Source of the DNA: a virus
Reading direction: 5' to 3' (one strand)
Virus record (IMG/VR): IMGVR_UViG_3300001798_000001
Length of the DNA: 64,000 nucleotides
Shown here: positions 1-7,768 of the stretch, piece after piece
How positions within the stretch are numbered: position 1 is the stretch's first letter
How the letters are laid out: every line of letters begins with the position of its first letter
Notes under the pieces: generated by a model
Told to the model about the DNA's origin: nothing
What the model saw: the letters and a program-made list of their open reading frames with translations, nothing else
Databases searched by the model: none
Translations under genes and position numbers: made by a program

Positions 1-60
1 CTTCCGTTGACCAAAACATATTTTTTATTTTCGTTACACGCGTTCGACTATCTCGCGCGG

Positions 61-270
61 TTAGGTAAAAAGACGGGAATACGGGGGCCGGTACCCGTCG
101 GGATGATCCCGATAAACACCATACTGCCACCGGCACCAATTTTTGAAACTTTCATCAGGACGGATCGCGCCATGCAAAAAGGCTTCCGCATAGGCGACGT
201 GTAGCTCGCTCAACAGAATTTTTTCATCCGTGTGAGACTCGAACCATCTTTTAAATGAAAGTTTTTGCAT
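61..270 (-). CDS. Hypothetical early protein (69 aa)
   Basis: ATG-start ORF packed head-to-tail in the leftward operon. Confidence 0.6.
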   Translation of the reverse strand: MQKLSFKRWFESHTDEKILLSELHVAYAEAFLHGAIRPDESFKNWCRWQYGVYRDHPDGYRPPYSRLFT

Positions 271-507
271 TTATGCGTTATCGTGATCGATAATTTCTAC
301 CTCAATATCGGGTGTCAACTGTGATGTGCATTCTGCTACGCCGCCTCGAACCTCAATCACCACCTTTCGTGGGTGTTGCTCGCGAATCCAAGTAACGAAC
401 GCTCCCCATTGTTTTTCTACGAACGCAAGCATCTCTACAAAAGAGGCACCATCCTCCATGTGGATGCGGTGCTTGTAGTATGCGCGGACACTTTCTTCGA
501 ATGTCAT
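271..507 (-). CDS. Hypothetical early protein (78 aa)
   Basis: ATG after an A-rich stretch; abuts 61..270. Confidence 0.7.
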   Translation of the reverse strand: MTFEESVRAYYKHRIHMEDGASFVEMLAFVEKQWGAFVTWIREQHPRKVVIEVRGGVAECTSQLTPDIEVEIIDHDNA

Positions 508-627
508 TTTTTTTTTAGTTAAGGGTTAATAAGAGGGTATGAATCAGGGCTTACGACCTTTGCCCTTATGTGACTCCCGCCCCCTATGTTTGCCCTTATA
601 TTGAGGCCGCACTTTTTATTTTCCAAT

Positions 628-668
628 AAAAAAACCGGCTCGCGCGTGCGTAACTGCCGGTTTCTTTT
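628..668 (-). terminator. Intrinsic terminator, possibly bidirectional
   Basis: AAACCGGC-N16-GCCGGTTT stem with A7 on one side and TTTCTTTT on the other; lies after ORF 702..974. Confidence 0.7.
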
Positions 669-701
669 CCCCGTCTGATTTTATTGCGGGGTTTCTTAAC
701 C

Positions 702-974
702 TTAATCTAGCCACTTCCGGCCACCTTCGGGCCGGTACAATTTGTCCTTTTCTCTGCGGAACTGCTTGACAATCTTCCCGTCAATCCATAGCGTCCACTG
801 ATCTATTTTCCAATTTCCGCGCGCGTCCGGCGATAGTTTTTCATGCGTGATTTTTACGTCCGCAATCTGCCTATTATCCATAGCGTCGCCCACGATCGCC
901 CTAAACTGAAGATTACTATTCGCGCCCTGCGTTTTCTGCGTGCGCTCACTCGTGATGTAAGAGTATATCCGCAT
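702..974 (-). CDS. Hypothetical early protein (90 aa)
   Basis: Operon-packed ATG ORF. Confidence 0.7.
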   Translation of the reverse strand: MRIYSYITSERTQKTQGANSNLQFRAIVGDAMDNRQIADVKITHEKLSPDARGNWKIDQWTLWIDGKIVKQFRREKDKLYRPEGGRKWLD

Positions 975-979
975 ACGAT

Positions 980-1696
980 TTATTTTCCGTCTGCATTAAT
1001 ACAACCACACCGGCCATCTTCGTCCTGATCTTTGAAACACACTCCGCAAAATTTGCGATTCAGTGCGTCCGCGATCTCTTCTTTTATGGCCTCTTCAGCA
1101 CTTGCGAGGATACCGCCCTCTAGGGCCTCCGTCGCTTGTATTTGTATAATGCGCTCGTATTCTTCTACTCCCTCCCACAGTCCGCGATCGCCTGAAGAGT
1201 ACTCGGACAATTCATCTATACACTGCATGGCCTCAATTAAAGCCGATGTATTGTTATAAATGAAATGGCCGTCCGCGTACTCCCATGCCCGATTAACGAT
1301 ATCGTCGCTTTGGTATAGCTCGTCGTAAATTTCTTTTACCGCGTCGCTATCCGCGTCGTACTCGTCGCCCTCTTTTAGGGCCTCTCGCACCCCGTCCTCG
1401 TTGTTTTCGCGGTATTGTTTCACACCCACCGCGATCTCATCGGACAAGTCGCCGGCGATATCTTTTCCCATACCTTCGGCTTGCGCTCGCCAATCCATAG
1501 GCTCCTTATGTTCGGACGTATTGAACAAGTGACGCATGGCGCTGTAGCCCTGCTCTATCTCGTTTTTACACGCTTCAATGAACTGATCGCTTGCGCGCTC
1601 TTCGGCTTGTAGCCGTGCCTCTCCTAGGCTCTCGGCTTCAATCTCAAACGTGCGCGCGTACTCCACTACAACTTTATAAGTAGCTTTTTTCTGCAT
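980..1696 (-). CDS. ocr: Ocr-like (T7 gp0.3) acidic DNA-mimic anti-restriction protein with N-terminal extension and C-terminal Cys cluster
   Basis: Very D/E-rich. The segment SDDIVNRAWEYADG...GDRGLWEG...RIIQIQATEAL...AEEAI parallels T7 Ocr TDDLHDAIHMAADN...EDSGLMPD...RILQARIYEQL...AEDLL (aligned from memory). Confidence 0.7.
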   Translation of the reverse strand: MQKKATYKVVVEYARTFEIEAESLGEARLQAEERASDQFIEACKNEIEQGYSAMRHLFNTSEHKEPMDWRAQAEGMGKDIAGDLSDEIAVGVKQYRENNEDGVREALKEGDEYDADSDAVKEIYDELYQSDDIVNRAWEYADGHFIYNNTSALIEAMQCIDELSEYSSGDRGLWEGVEEYERIIQIQATEALEGGILASAEEAIKEEIADALNRKFCGVCFKDQDEDGRCGCINADGK

Positions 1697-1750
1697 ATTC
1701 TTTTGTCAATGAACGCACGCGCACGCTCGCGCGTCGGGAGTAACGTACCC

Positions 1751-1788
1751 CCGCTATACCGGCTTAAACGTTTAAGCCGGTATAGCGG
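1751..1788. repeat. Perfect 38-bp palindrome with no spacer
   Basis: CCGCTATACCGGCTTAAAC|GTTTAAGCCGGTATAGCGG. Confidence 0.97.
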
Positions 1789-1795
1789 ACGCGCG

Positions 1796-1885
1796 TTACC
1801 ACGCACCGCCGAACAATGCCACCACCAACAGAAACCCTATCAGCGCTCCCAAATGATGAAGATTCTTTTTTAGTTTAGGATTCAT
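1796..1885 (-). CDS. Small membrane peptide (29 aa, MNPKLKKNLHHLGALIGFLLVVALFGGAW)
   Basis: Below the ORF-track cutoff; ATG follows the stop of 1887..2150; basic N-terminus plus one hydrophobic helix. Confidence 0.6.
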   Translation of the reverse strand: MNPKLKKNLHHLGALIGFLLVVALFGGAW

Positions 1886-1886
1886 G

Positions 1887-2150
1887 TTATTTGTAATTTA
1901 ATACTTTCTCATCTTCACATACGAGCCACCGTAACCCGTCGTATACCCATAGCGTAAACACCCAATTTTCTAAACAGTCGGCGATTGTCCACCCCTTCAG
2001 CGTTGTATCCTCGTACCCGTCCATGTCGGCCCATTCGCGAAACTGATTTTTTAACTCCTCTTCACCCTCAAAAATACGACCGGCGCCGAACCTTGCACCT
2101 TGCCCGTCCTCAATCGTGAAGTATTTTTTATCCTCGTGTAGTACGATCAT
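1887..2150 (-). CDS. Hypothetical early protein (87 aa)
   Basis: Operon-packed ATG ORF. Confidence 0.7.
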   Translation of the reverse strand: MIVLHEDKKYFTIEDGQGARFGAGRIFEGEEELKNQFREWADMDGYEDTTLKGWTIADCLENWVFTLWVYDGLRWLVCEDEKVLNYK

Positions 2151-2155
2151 ATATT

Positions 2156-3151
2156 TTAATCAATCCAAAACGTCCCACACACCCCGCATTTATTCCCGCA
2201 TGGAAACTCATTGCGATATGGCGTATCGGCGTGCCTGTTAATGTTCATGTCTCCGAACGTGCATATTTTCGTTTGCTCCCATTTCCGCGTTAACCTTTCC
2301 TCACGCTTCGCGCTCTCGCTCACTTCGGGTATCACAATAGCAACATCGTCCGCGAGGGTACCGGCCTTGGCGCGCGATATTTCCGCGTCATCAAAGCTCA
2401 CCTGTCCGGCTATTTCATTCCATGAGTAACCGTTACCCTTCGCGCGATCTAAGCGCACACACTCAAGAAATGCGCTTCGTGGGATTGCGATCTTAAATAT
2501 CGCATTGTCCCCTAACCAGTTACTACCTTGCCCGCGATCCACGGTACCAAAATAGGCCCCGTCAATAATGATCACATCCTCAATTTCCCGATCCTTACCG
2601 TGTAAAACTTCCACGGCCGTTTCCGGATCAAGATAAAAATAAAACTGCGCCGGCGCGCTATAAAAGCTCTCATTTATAACGCTTACGATCTCCTTTTTCT
2701 GCGCCTCCGTGCGCGCGTACTTCTTAGTCAACACTTCCAAACTCTCCTTATCGTTCACCTCCGCATAGTCCGGCGTTTCAACATAGAACAGCTTTCTGCC
2801 CGTATTTTTCAGCATTGCGCGGGCCGGATCGCTCGTATTGCTAGAATACAGAAAATCCCGCATTTTTTCCTCTACCTCATCACTCAATTCGTCGGCTTCA
2901 ACTTCACGACGATATTTTTCTGTTATGTTATGCACCTCGTCGGACTCGGCGTCTCCAAACCATTCCATTTCACTCTCACGATAACCTTCGGCTAGGTATT
3001 TCTGTAGTGCCTCTAAATTTTCATCAAAGCTATCCCGATAATCTATATATACAAGATCAACCCCATTAGGGTACTCGTCGCGCAACCAATTAAGCGCATG
3101 GATCACATCATCTTGTATTTTCACTGCTTTTGTGCGTTTTTCCGTTTTCAT
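2156..3151 (-). CDS. Acidic hypothetical protein (331 aa) with C-terminal Cys/His cluster
   Basis: Long ORF; D/E-rich N-terminal half; C-terminal CTFG...H...CGNKCGVCG. Confidence 0.75.
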   Translation of the reverse strand: MKTEKRTKAVKIQDDVIHALNWLRDEYPNGVDLVYIDYRDSFDENLEALQKYLAEGYRESEMEWFGDAESDEVHNITEKYRREVEADELSDEVEEKMRDFLYSSNTSDPARAMLKNTGRKLFYVETPDYAEVNDKESLEVLTKKYARTEAQKKEIVSVINESFYSAPAQFYFYLDPETAVEVLHGKDREIEDVIIIDGAYFGTVDRGQGSNWLGDNAIFKIAIPRSAFLECVRLDRAKGNGYSWNEIAGQVSFDDAEISRAKAGTLADDVAIVIPEVSESAKREERLTRKWEQTKICTFGDMNINRHADTPYRNEFPCGNKCGVCGTFWID

Positions 3152-3155
3152 ATTT

Positions 3156-3308
3156 CTATACTACGCTTTTAATATGCGCGATCTTTAAAACGGCCGTGAT
3201 CGCTTCACTGAACGTTTTCCCGTGCGCTATATAGCCTCCCGTGCCTCCGCGATACTTAGGCGCGCGCATGAGCGCGACATATGAACCTGCAACTTTTTGA
3301 ACGATCAT
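3156..3308 (-). CDS. Hypothetical protein (50 aa, MIVQKVAGSYVALMRAPKYRGG...)
   Basis: Fills the gap between 3151 and 3313 on the operon strand. Confidence 0.55.
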   Translation of the reverse strand: MIVQKVAGSYVALMRAPKYRGGTGGYIAHGKTFSEAITAVLKIAHIKSVV

Positions 3309-3312
3309 ATTG

Positions 3313-3561
3313 CTATTTACAAGTTATGTGTTCTGGATAATTGATACAGTATTCACCCGTAACGCTCTGCAATGCGATCATTGCAAGCGGTACTAAGGCG
3401 AGCATTGCAATGGCGAGCGAGACACCCGCCACGATCTGAAGGCCCTTGAAAATGACCCTAGCCCGAACGCGGGCCACAGTATTACTCTCTTCTAGTGCGA
3501 GGATGACGGCCGTTTTCACTCCCGAAAACTGTACCACGTTCTCACTTTTTATATTTGTCAT
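3313..3561 (-). CDS. Small membrane protein (82 aa), first gene of the leftward early operon
   Basis: Hydrophobic segment LQIVAGVSLAIAMLALVPLAMIAL; lies downstream of the promoter at 3642..3670. Confidence 0.65.
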   Translation of the reverse strand: MTNIKSENVVQFSGVKTAVILALEESNTVARVRARVIFKGLQIVAGVSLAIAMLALVPLAMIALQSVTGEYCINYPEHITCK

Positions 3562-3641
3562 TGTGCGTTTTTAGTTTTATAATGCTGAAATAATGGCGTT
3601 TTTCGGTAAGACAATATATGTATCACCGTACGCTCTCTGGT

Positions 3642-3670
3642 AGTATAGGCGTACTTGCATAGTAAGTCAA
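3642..3670 (-). promoter_or_regulatory. Sigma70-like leftward early promoter
   Basis: Minus strand TTGACT-17 nt-TATACT; a DnaA-like box (TTATCCACT on minus) lies at 3698..3706. Confidence 0.8.
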
Positions 3671-4245
3671 GCGTATATACAGAAAGAGTACCAAAATAGT
3701 GGATAAAAACACCAATACAATACATATTTTAAACAATGTCAATAGTATACGGCTCAACAAAGCCATATTTTAACACTCAAACGGCCGACATTTGACGCAT
3801 AGGATAGGCCATATAAAAAAAATAAATCTTTTTTTCTTACTAATTTAAATACAATATCCCATTTTTGAAGCTAGCTCACTTTTAGTAATCAGAAAAGAAA
3901 AAAAATATATATGTCTTTATAGGCCCCTCTCCCCCTTTTGGCGTTTTTTACCCTGTTTGACAAGATCGCCCGAAACGCGGAAAGCACCCCCAAAACACAC
4001 TAAACGGCTATATTGAGCCATATAATACTTCATACAATGTTATATTGTACGCACTAGCCCTATAATAGCCATAATATAAGCCATTATCAGACCCCACCGA
4101 TACCCCCGACACCGCCCACCCACGGAAGGAAAAAATACCGTTTGGGAGGTCACATCAGATCGCGGGTCGTTTTCGGTACCCCGGCACCCAAGGGAGGGGG
4201 TGGGTACCTTGTACGGGAGAATCCACAAAAATTTTTCCAGAAAAT

Positions 4246-4274
4246 TTGACAGGGTTCACTACATCGTATATTAT
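4246..4274 (+). promoter_or_regulatory. Sigma70-like promoter of the recombinase (leaderless)
   Basis: TTGACA (4246-4251)-17 nt-TATTAT (4269-4274); the ATG at 4282 is 7 nt downstream, at the expected TSS. Confidence 0.8.
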
Positions 4275-4281
4275 ACGAAGT

Positions 4282-5097
4282 ATGGATACAGAACGAACGG
4301 TGAGCGACTTTTTGTCGCAACTTCAAAAGGAGGGGTACTCTCCACACACGATTAAAAATTATCAGCGCGGCCTCGATACCTTCCTGAAAAAATTTAAGGG
4401 AGACGTCACACTAAAAAATATCGAAGCGGCCCTCCTCCCCACTCGCTCAAACGGCAGTCTCTCCCACAAGTCCAAGAACATCGTCATCATCCCCGTGCGT
4501 CGATGGGTCGCGTTTCTCAATGAGAAGCACGGCACGGCCATTCCCGTCGAGCAGATCAAGACCGAGCGCAATCGAAATGGTCGCAAGAAACTCGACCTCC
4601 CCGAAAAGGAAGAGGTGCGCGCCTACTTAAGTTTCAGAGACACTCCACTGTCTGACGTTGTGGTAAATCTCCTCTTCGATACCGGGCTTCGACTGTCTGA
4701 ATTGATGGCACTCAAAGTTGGAGATGTGCGCGAGCGATTCTCTATGGTCGGGAAAGGAAATAAGCAGCGCCCGGTCTACTGCACCGCGAAAGTTGTTGCT
4801 CTGGTCAACGTGTATGTGAAGACTAATAAGCTCGAACAGGGACAGCCGTTATTCCCGTACTCAAATCGGTGGATACAGCAGTTGCTCGAAGAGCGACAGG
4901 TACGGTCTGGGGTTCGCAAAAATATCACCGCACACACCCTGCGCCACCTCTATGCCGTGAACATGTTGCAGAATGGTGCCTCACTGCGCGCCATCCAAGA
5001 ACTCCTTGGCCATTCGTCGATATTGACCACGCAGATTTATACGACCGTGACCGATCAGCACCTTGACCAAACATATAAACAGTTCCACAAAAGGTAG
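4282..5097 (+). CDS. XerC/XerD-like tyrosine recombinase (271 aa)
   Basis: N-terminal SAM-like domain (YSPHTIKNY); catalytic motifs TGLRLSEL, GKGNKQR, HTLRH, LLGHSSILTTQIYT. The ORF-track TTG start at 4246 is the -35 box. Confidence 0.93.
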   Translation: MDTERTVSDFLSQLQKEGYSPHTIKNYQRGLDTFLKKFKGDVTLKNIEAALLPTRSNGSLSHKSKNIVIIPVRRWVAFLNEKHGTAIPVEQIKTERNRNGRKKLDLPEKEEVRAYLSFRDTPLSDVVVNLLFDTGLRLSELMALKVGDVRERFSMVGKGNKQRPVYCTAKVVALVNVYVKTNKLEQGQPLFPYSNRWIQQLLEERQVRSGVRKNITAHTLRHLYAVNMLQNGASLRAIQELLGHSSILTTQIYTTVTDQHLDQTYKQFHKR

Positions 5098-5123
5098 ATG
5101 ACCGTTTGGTGTACACTAGGTGT

Positions 5124-5801
5124 ATGGGAAGACCACGAAAAAAACCCGCCGTTTCCGAAGAATCAAATGTAATTGATTCCGGCATTTCGATTGTGGGTCA
5201 AATCCCGGTAGAAGAGGTTCCCCGCCCCCTTTCTCTTGAGGCCCCGGTAGGGCAGGCGCTCCCCTCCCCTACCGAGCGGGAGGGTGCCGATTTTGACTCC
5301 GAGGACGATATTTTGGAGCGGGAGGGGGCGCTCTTGGAAAAGCAGGTGGCGGAATTTTTTCAGCCGGAAGCGCTGCGTAAGATTAAGCGTGTGTGCTACT
5401 ACATTTCGAAAGTGGGACTTGATTTTAACGAGGCGTGCATGATTTCAAGGGTCGCAGAAAGTGAGTATCGGCAGTGGATGGTGATGAGTCCGGCGCTCAC
5501 CGAGTTGATGTCAATCAAGGAGTTGGAATACAAGGCGGCATTGATGATGACACTTGGTGCCAAGGCGCGCATGACTGGTGGCGACAAGATCGCACAGTGG
5601 CTGTTGCAGGCGAAAGGGTATGGGCCGAAGAAGGGGACGGGCGGCGATGGCGACGGCGATGATCTCATCGCAGCGGGTATTGAGTTTGTGCGCAAAAATG
5701 GGGATTCGAATTCGTTGGTTTCCGAAACGTCGGGTCGGGCGTTTGTGGTAAGGAAGACCAAGGAGACGACGACGGATATGCTGCGCGGTCTGTTAGCATA
5801 G
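5124..5801 (+). CDS. terS: Probable terminase small subunit
   Basis: Lies upstream of terL; HTH-like core (VGLDFNEACMISRVAESEYRQWM); probable start is ATG 5124. Confidence 0.6.
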   Translation: MGRPRKKPAVSEESNVIDSGISIVGQIPVEEVPRPLSLEAPVGQALPSPTEREGADFDSEDDILEREGALLEKQVAEFFQPEALRKIKRVCYYISKVGLDFNEACMISRVAESEYRQWMVMSPALTELMSIKELEYKAALMMTLGAKARMTGGDKIAQWLLQAKGYGPKKGTGGDGDGDDLIAAGIEFVRKNGDSNSLVSETSGRAFVVRKTKETTTDMLRGLLA

Positions 5802-5805
5802 AAAC

Positions 5806-5976
5806 ATGACAACGGGAGTGATGTGTCTGTGTATTGGGCCTCGTAAAAGAAACCACGGCTTATGCGTAAAGTGCGAATTGATGGTGATGAACATGTTCGA
5901 TCAGTCCGGCGGGAAAACATTCGTCGGAACCAATCGAAGATGGTCGTTCGCGGACGATCTATTCTCACGATTTTGA
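5806..5976 (+). CDS. Cys-rich microprotein (56 aa, MTTGVMCLCIGPRKRNHGLCVKCEL...)
   Basis: Fills the terS-terL gap; CxC...H..CxxC pattern. Confidence 0.55.
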   Translation: MTTGVMCLCIGPRKRNHGLCVKCELMVMNMFDQSGGKTFVGTNRRWSFADDLFSRF

Positions 5977-5985
5977 GAATCAAAT

Positions 5986-7542
5986 ATGCAAAACGAAACG
6001 GAAGTAAAAAAAGTTGAGGAAGTGGCGGCCGCAGAGGATTTCAATGTCACACCTGAAGAGTTTCGGGAAAAATTGCGCGACCGAAAGTGGCGGTTAAACA
6101 ATTTATATTTCATTAAGGATGAGAAGGGAAATAAGATTCTTTTCCAAATGAATCCTGTGCAGGAATATCTGCACGACAACCTTTGGTTTTTTAATATCAT
6201 CCCGAAAGCACGTCAGTTGGGTATTACCACGTTCTTTGCGATCCTCTATCTCGATCAGGTTCTCTGGTCGGACAACAAAACGGCCGGTATCATTGCCCAC
6301 CGCCTTGAGGACATGAAAAAAATCTTCAAGCATAAGATTAAGTACGCGTGGGACAACCTACATCCATGGCTTCGTGCGAAAATCGGCGAGCCTAATACTG
6401 ACTCCGCGTACGAAATGTCATTTCCGAACGGATCCAACATCTTCGTGTCGATGTCGACACGTTCCGGCACTGTGCAGTTTTTGCACATTTCAGAGTTTGG
6501 CCCTATCTGTCAGAAATTTCCCGATAAGGCGGAGGAAATTGTGACTGGTGCCATCAACTCCGTTCACGCGGGTCAGATGGTCTCGATTGAATCAACCGCG
6601 GCGGGACGCGACGGATATTTCTATGATTTTTGTATGGACGCAGAGAAGGCACGCAAGGAGGGGCGTGAATTGACGCCGCTCGACTTCAAGATTTTCTTTT
6701 TTCCATGGTGGATCGACAAACGTTATTCACTCGACAATTTTGACTTCGCTCTCACGGCGGAGGAACAGCAGTATTTTGAGACACTAAAGACGCGTTACAA
6801 CATTGAACTCACCGACGGACAGAAGCGTTGGTACGCAAAGAAGAAAAAATACAATCAGGCAAAAATTTTCGAAGAGTATCCCTCAACCCTCGATGAGGCG
6901 TTCCTTGCGAATGTCGAGGGCGCGTACTACACGCGCGAGATGAACAAGGTGTATCTGTCGCGACGCATCAGGCTAGTCCCGATTGATACGTTGGTGCCGG
7001 TCGATACATGGTGGGACTTGGGTATGAATGACGACAACGTAATTCTCTTCACGCAGACGATTGGTGGTGCAATTCACTTCGTCGATCTGTATGTGAATTC
7101 TGGAGAGAATCTCGCCCACTACGTTAAAGTATTGCAGGACAAAGGGTATCGATACGGCCACCACATTCTGCCGCATGACGTTGAGGTGCGTGATATAACC
7201 ATCGGGAAGACGCGAAAGACCGTCCTCTACGAACTTGGACTCACCAGTGTGCGTGTCGCGCCGAAGATGAATTTGCAGGATGGTATCGAGCGTGTGCGCA
7301 ACCTCTTCCCACGATTTTATTTTGATGAAGAACATTGTCAGCCGCTCACTGACTCTCTTTCGGCGTATCGGAAGGAATGGGACGCAAAACTCGGTGTCTT
7401 TAAAGATAAACCCAAGCACGATAAAAATTCGCACATCGCAGATGCCGTGCGAACAGGTTGTTTGCTCTGGCATGAGGAAATGAAAACGACAGATGATGAT
7501 GGTTATCCCCTGAAGGAGATGGAGCAGTCGTTTTTCAGTTGA
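5986..7542 (+). CDS. terL: Terminase large subunit
   Basis: PKARQLGITT Walker A, LHISEF Walker B, ESTAAG coupling motif; RNase H-like nuclease WDLG...D and HIADAVR. Confidence 0.95.
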   Translation: MQNETEVKKVEEVAAAEDFNVTPEEFREKLRDRKWRLNNLYFIKDEKGNKILFQMNPVQEYLHDNLWFFNIIPKARQLGITTFFAILYLDQVLWSDNKTAGIIAHRLEDMKKIFKHKIKYAWDNLHPWLRAKIGEPNTDSAYEMSFPNGSNIFVSMSTRSGTVQFLHISEFGPICQKFPDKAEEIVTGAINSVHAGQMVSIESTAAGRDGYFYDFCMDAEKARKEGRELTPLDFKIFFFPWWIDKRYSLDNFDFALTAEEQQYFETLKTRYNIELTDGQKRWYAKKKKYNQAKIFEEYPSTLDEAFLANVEGAYYTREMNKVYLSRRIRLVPIDTLVPVDTWWDLGMNDDNVILFTQTIGGAIHFVDLYVNSGENLAHYVKVLQDKGYRYGHHILPHDVEVRDITIGKTRKTVLYELGLTSVRVAPKMNLQDGIERVRNLFPRFYFDEEHCQPLTDSLSAYRKEWDAKLGVFKDKPKHDKNSHIADAVRTGCLLWHEEMKTTDDDGYPLKEMEQSFFS

Positions 7543-7543
7543 T

Positions 7544-7684
7544 ATGGGAGAGGGACTCCAATCGGCGACGGTGGAGCATGAACATCAGTTCGGAGAACGG
7601 AGGATGTGCTACGTCTGCTTTGGTCGGTTCCGTCGGGTTTGCGACTGTGGACAATCGTATTGTGAAAATTGTAATAACGGGTAG
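7544..7684 (+). CDS. Zinc-finger microprotein (46 aa, ...HEHQFGERRMCYVCFGRFRRVCDCGQSYCENCNNG)
   Basis: Starts 1 nt after the terL stop; HxH, CxxC, CxC and CxxC motifs. Confidence 0.7.
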   Translation: MGEGLQSATVEHEHQFGERRMCYVCFGRFRRVCDCGQSYCENCNNG

Positions 7685-7693
7685 GCTCTCAGG

Positions 7694-7764
7694 AGCGGTT
7701 TAGAGGAACGGCACCTCGCCTCGCTCATAACGAGGAGCATCCGGTTCGACTCCGGAAACCGCAA
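7694..7764 (+). tRNA. tRNA with CAT anticodon, initiator (fMet)-like; no encoded CCA
   Basis: Cloverleaf: AGCGGTT/AACCGCA acceptor with A1:A72 mismatch; D-stem GAGG/CCTC with A11:U24; anticodon stem CCTCG-CTCATAA-CGAGG; T-arm TCCGG-TTCGACT-CCGGA; discriminator A. Confidence 0.92.
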
Positions 7765-7768
7765 CACG

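Noticed and set aside
4246-4281. ORF-track TTG start of the recombinase
   Set aside because: That TTG is the -35 box (TTGACA); ATG 4282 gives a normal Xer N-terminus.
4282-5097. Recombinase as a protelomerase for the 38-bp palindrome
   Set aside because: Its size (271 aa) and RKHRH(Y) motifs are XerC/D-like, not TelN-like. Kept only as a testable idea.
5399-5983. Long antisense ORFs over terS, terL and capsid genes
   Set aside because: They lie wholly opposite well-supported genes and carry no motifs.
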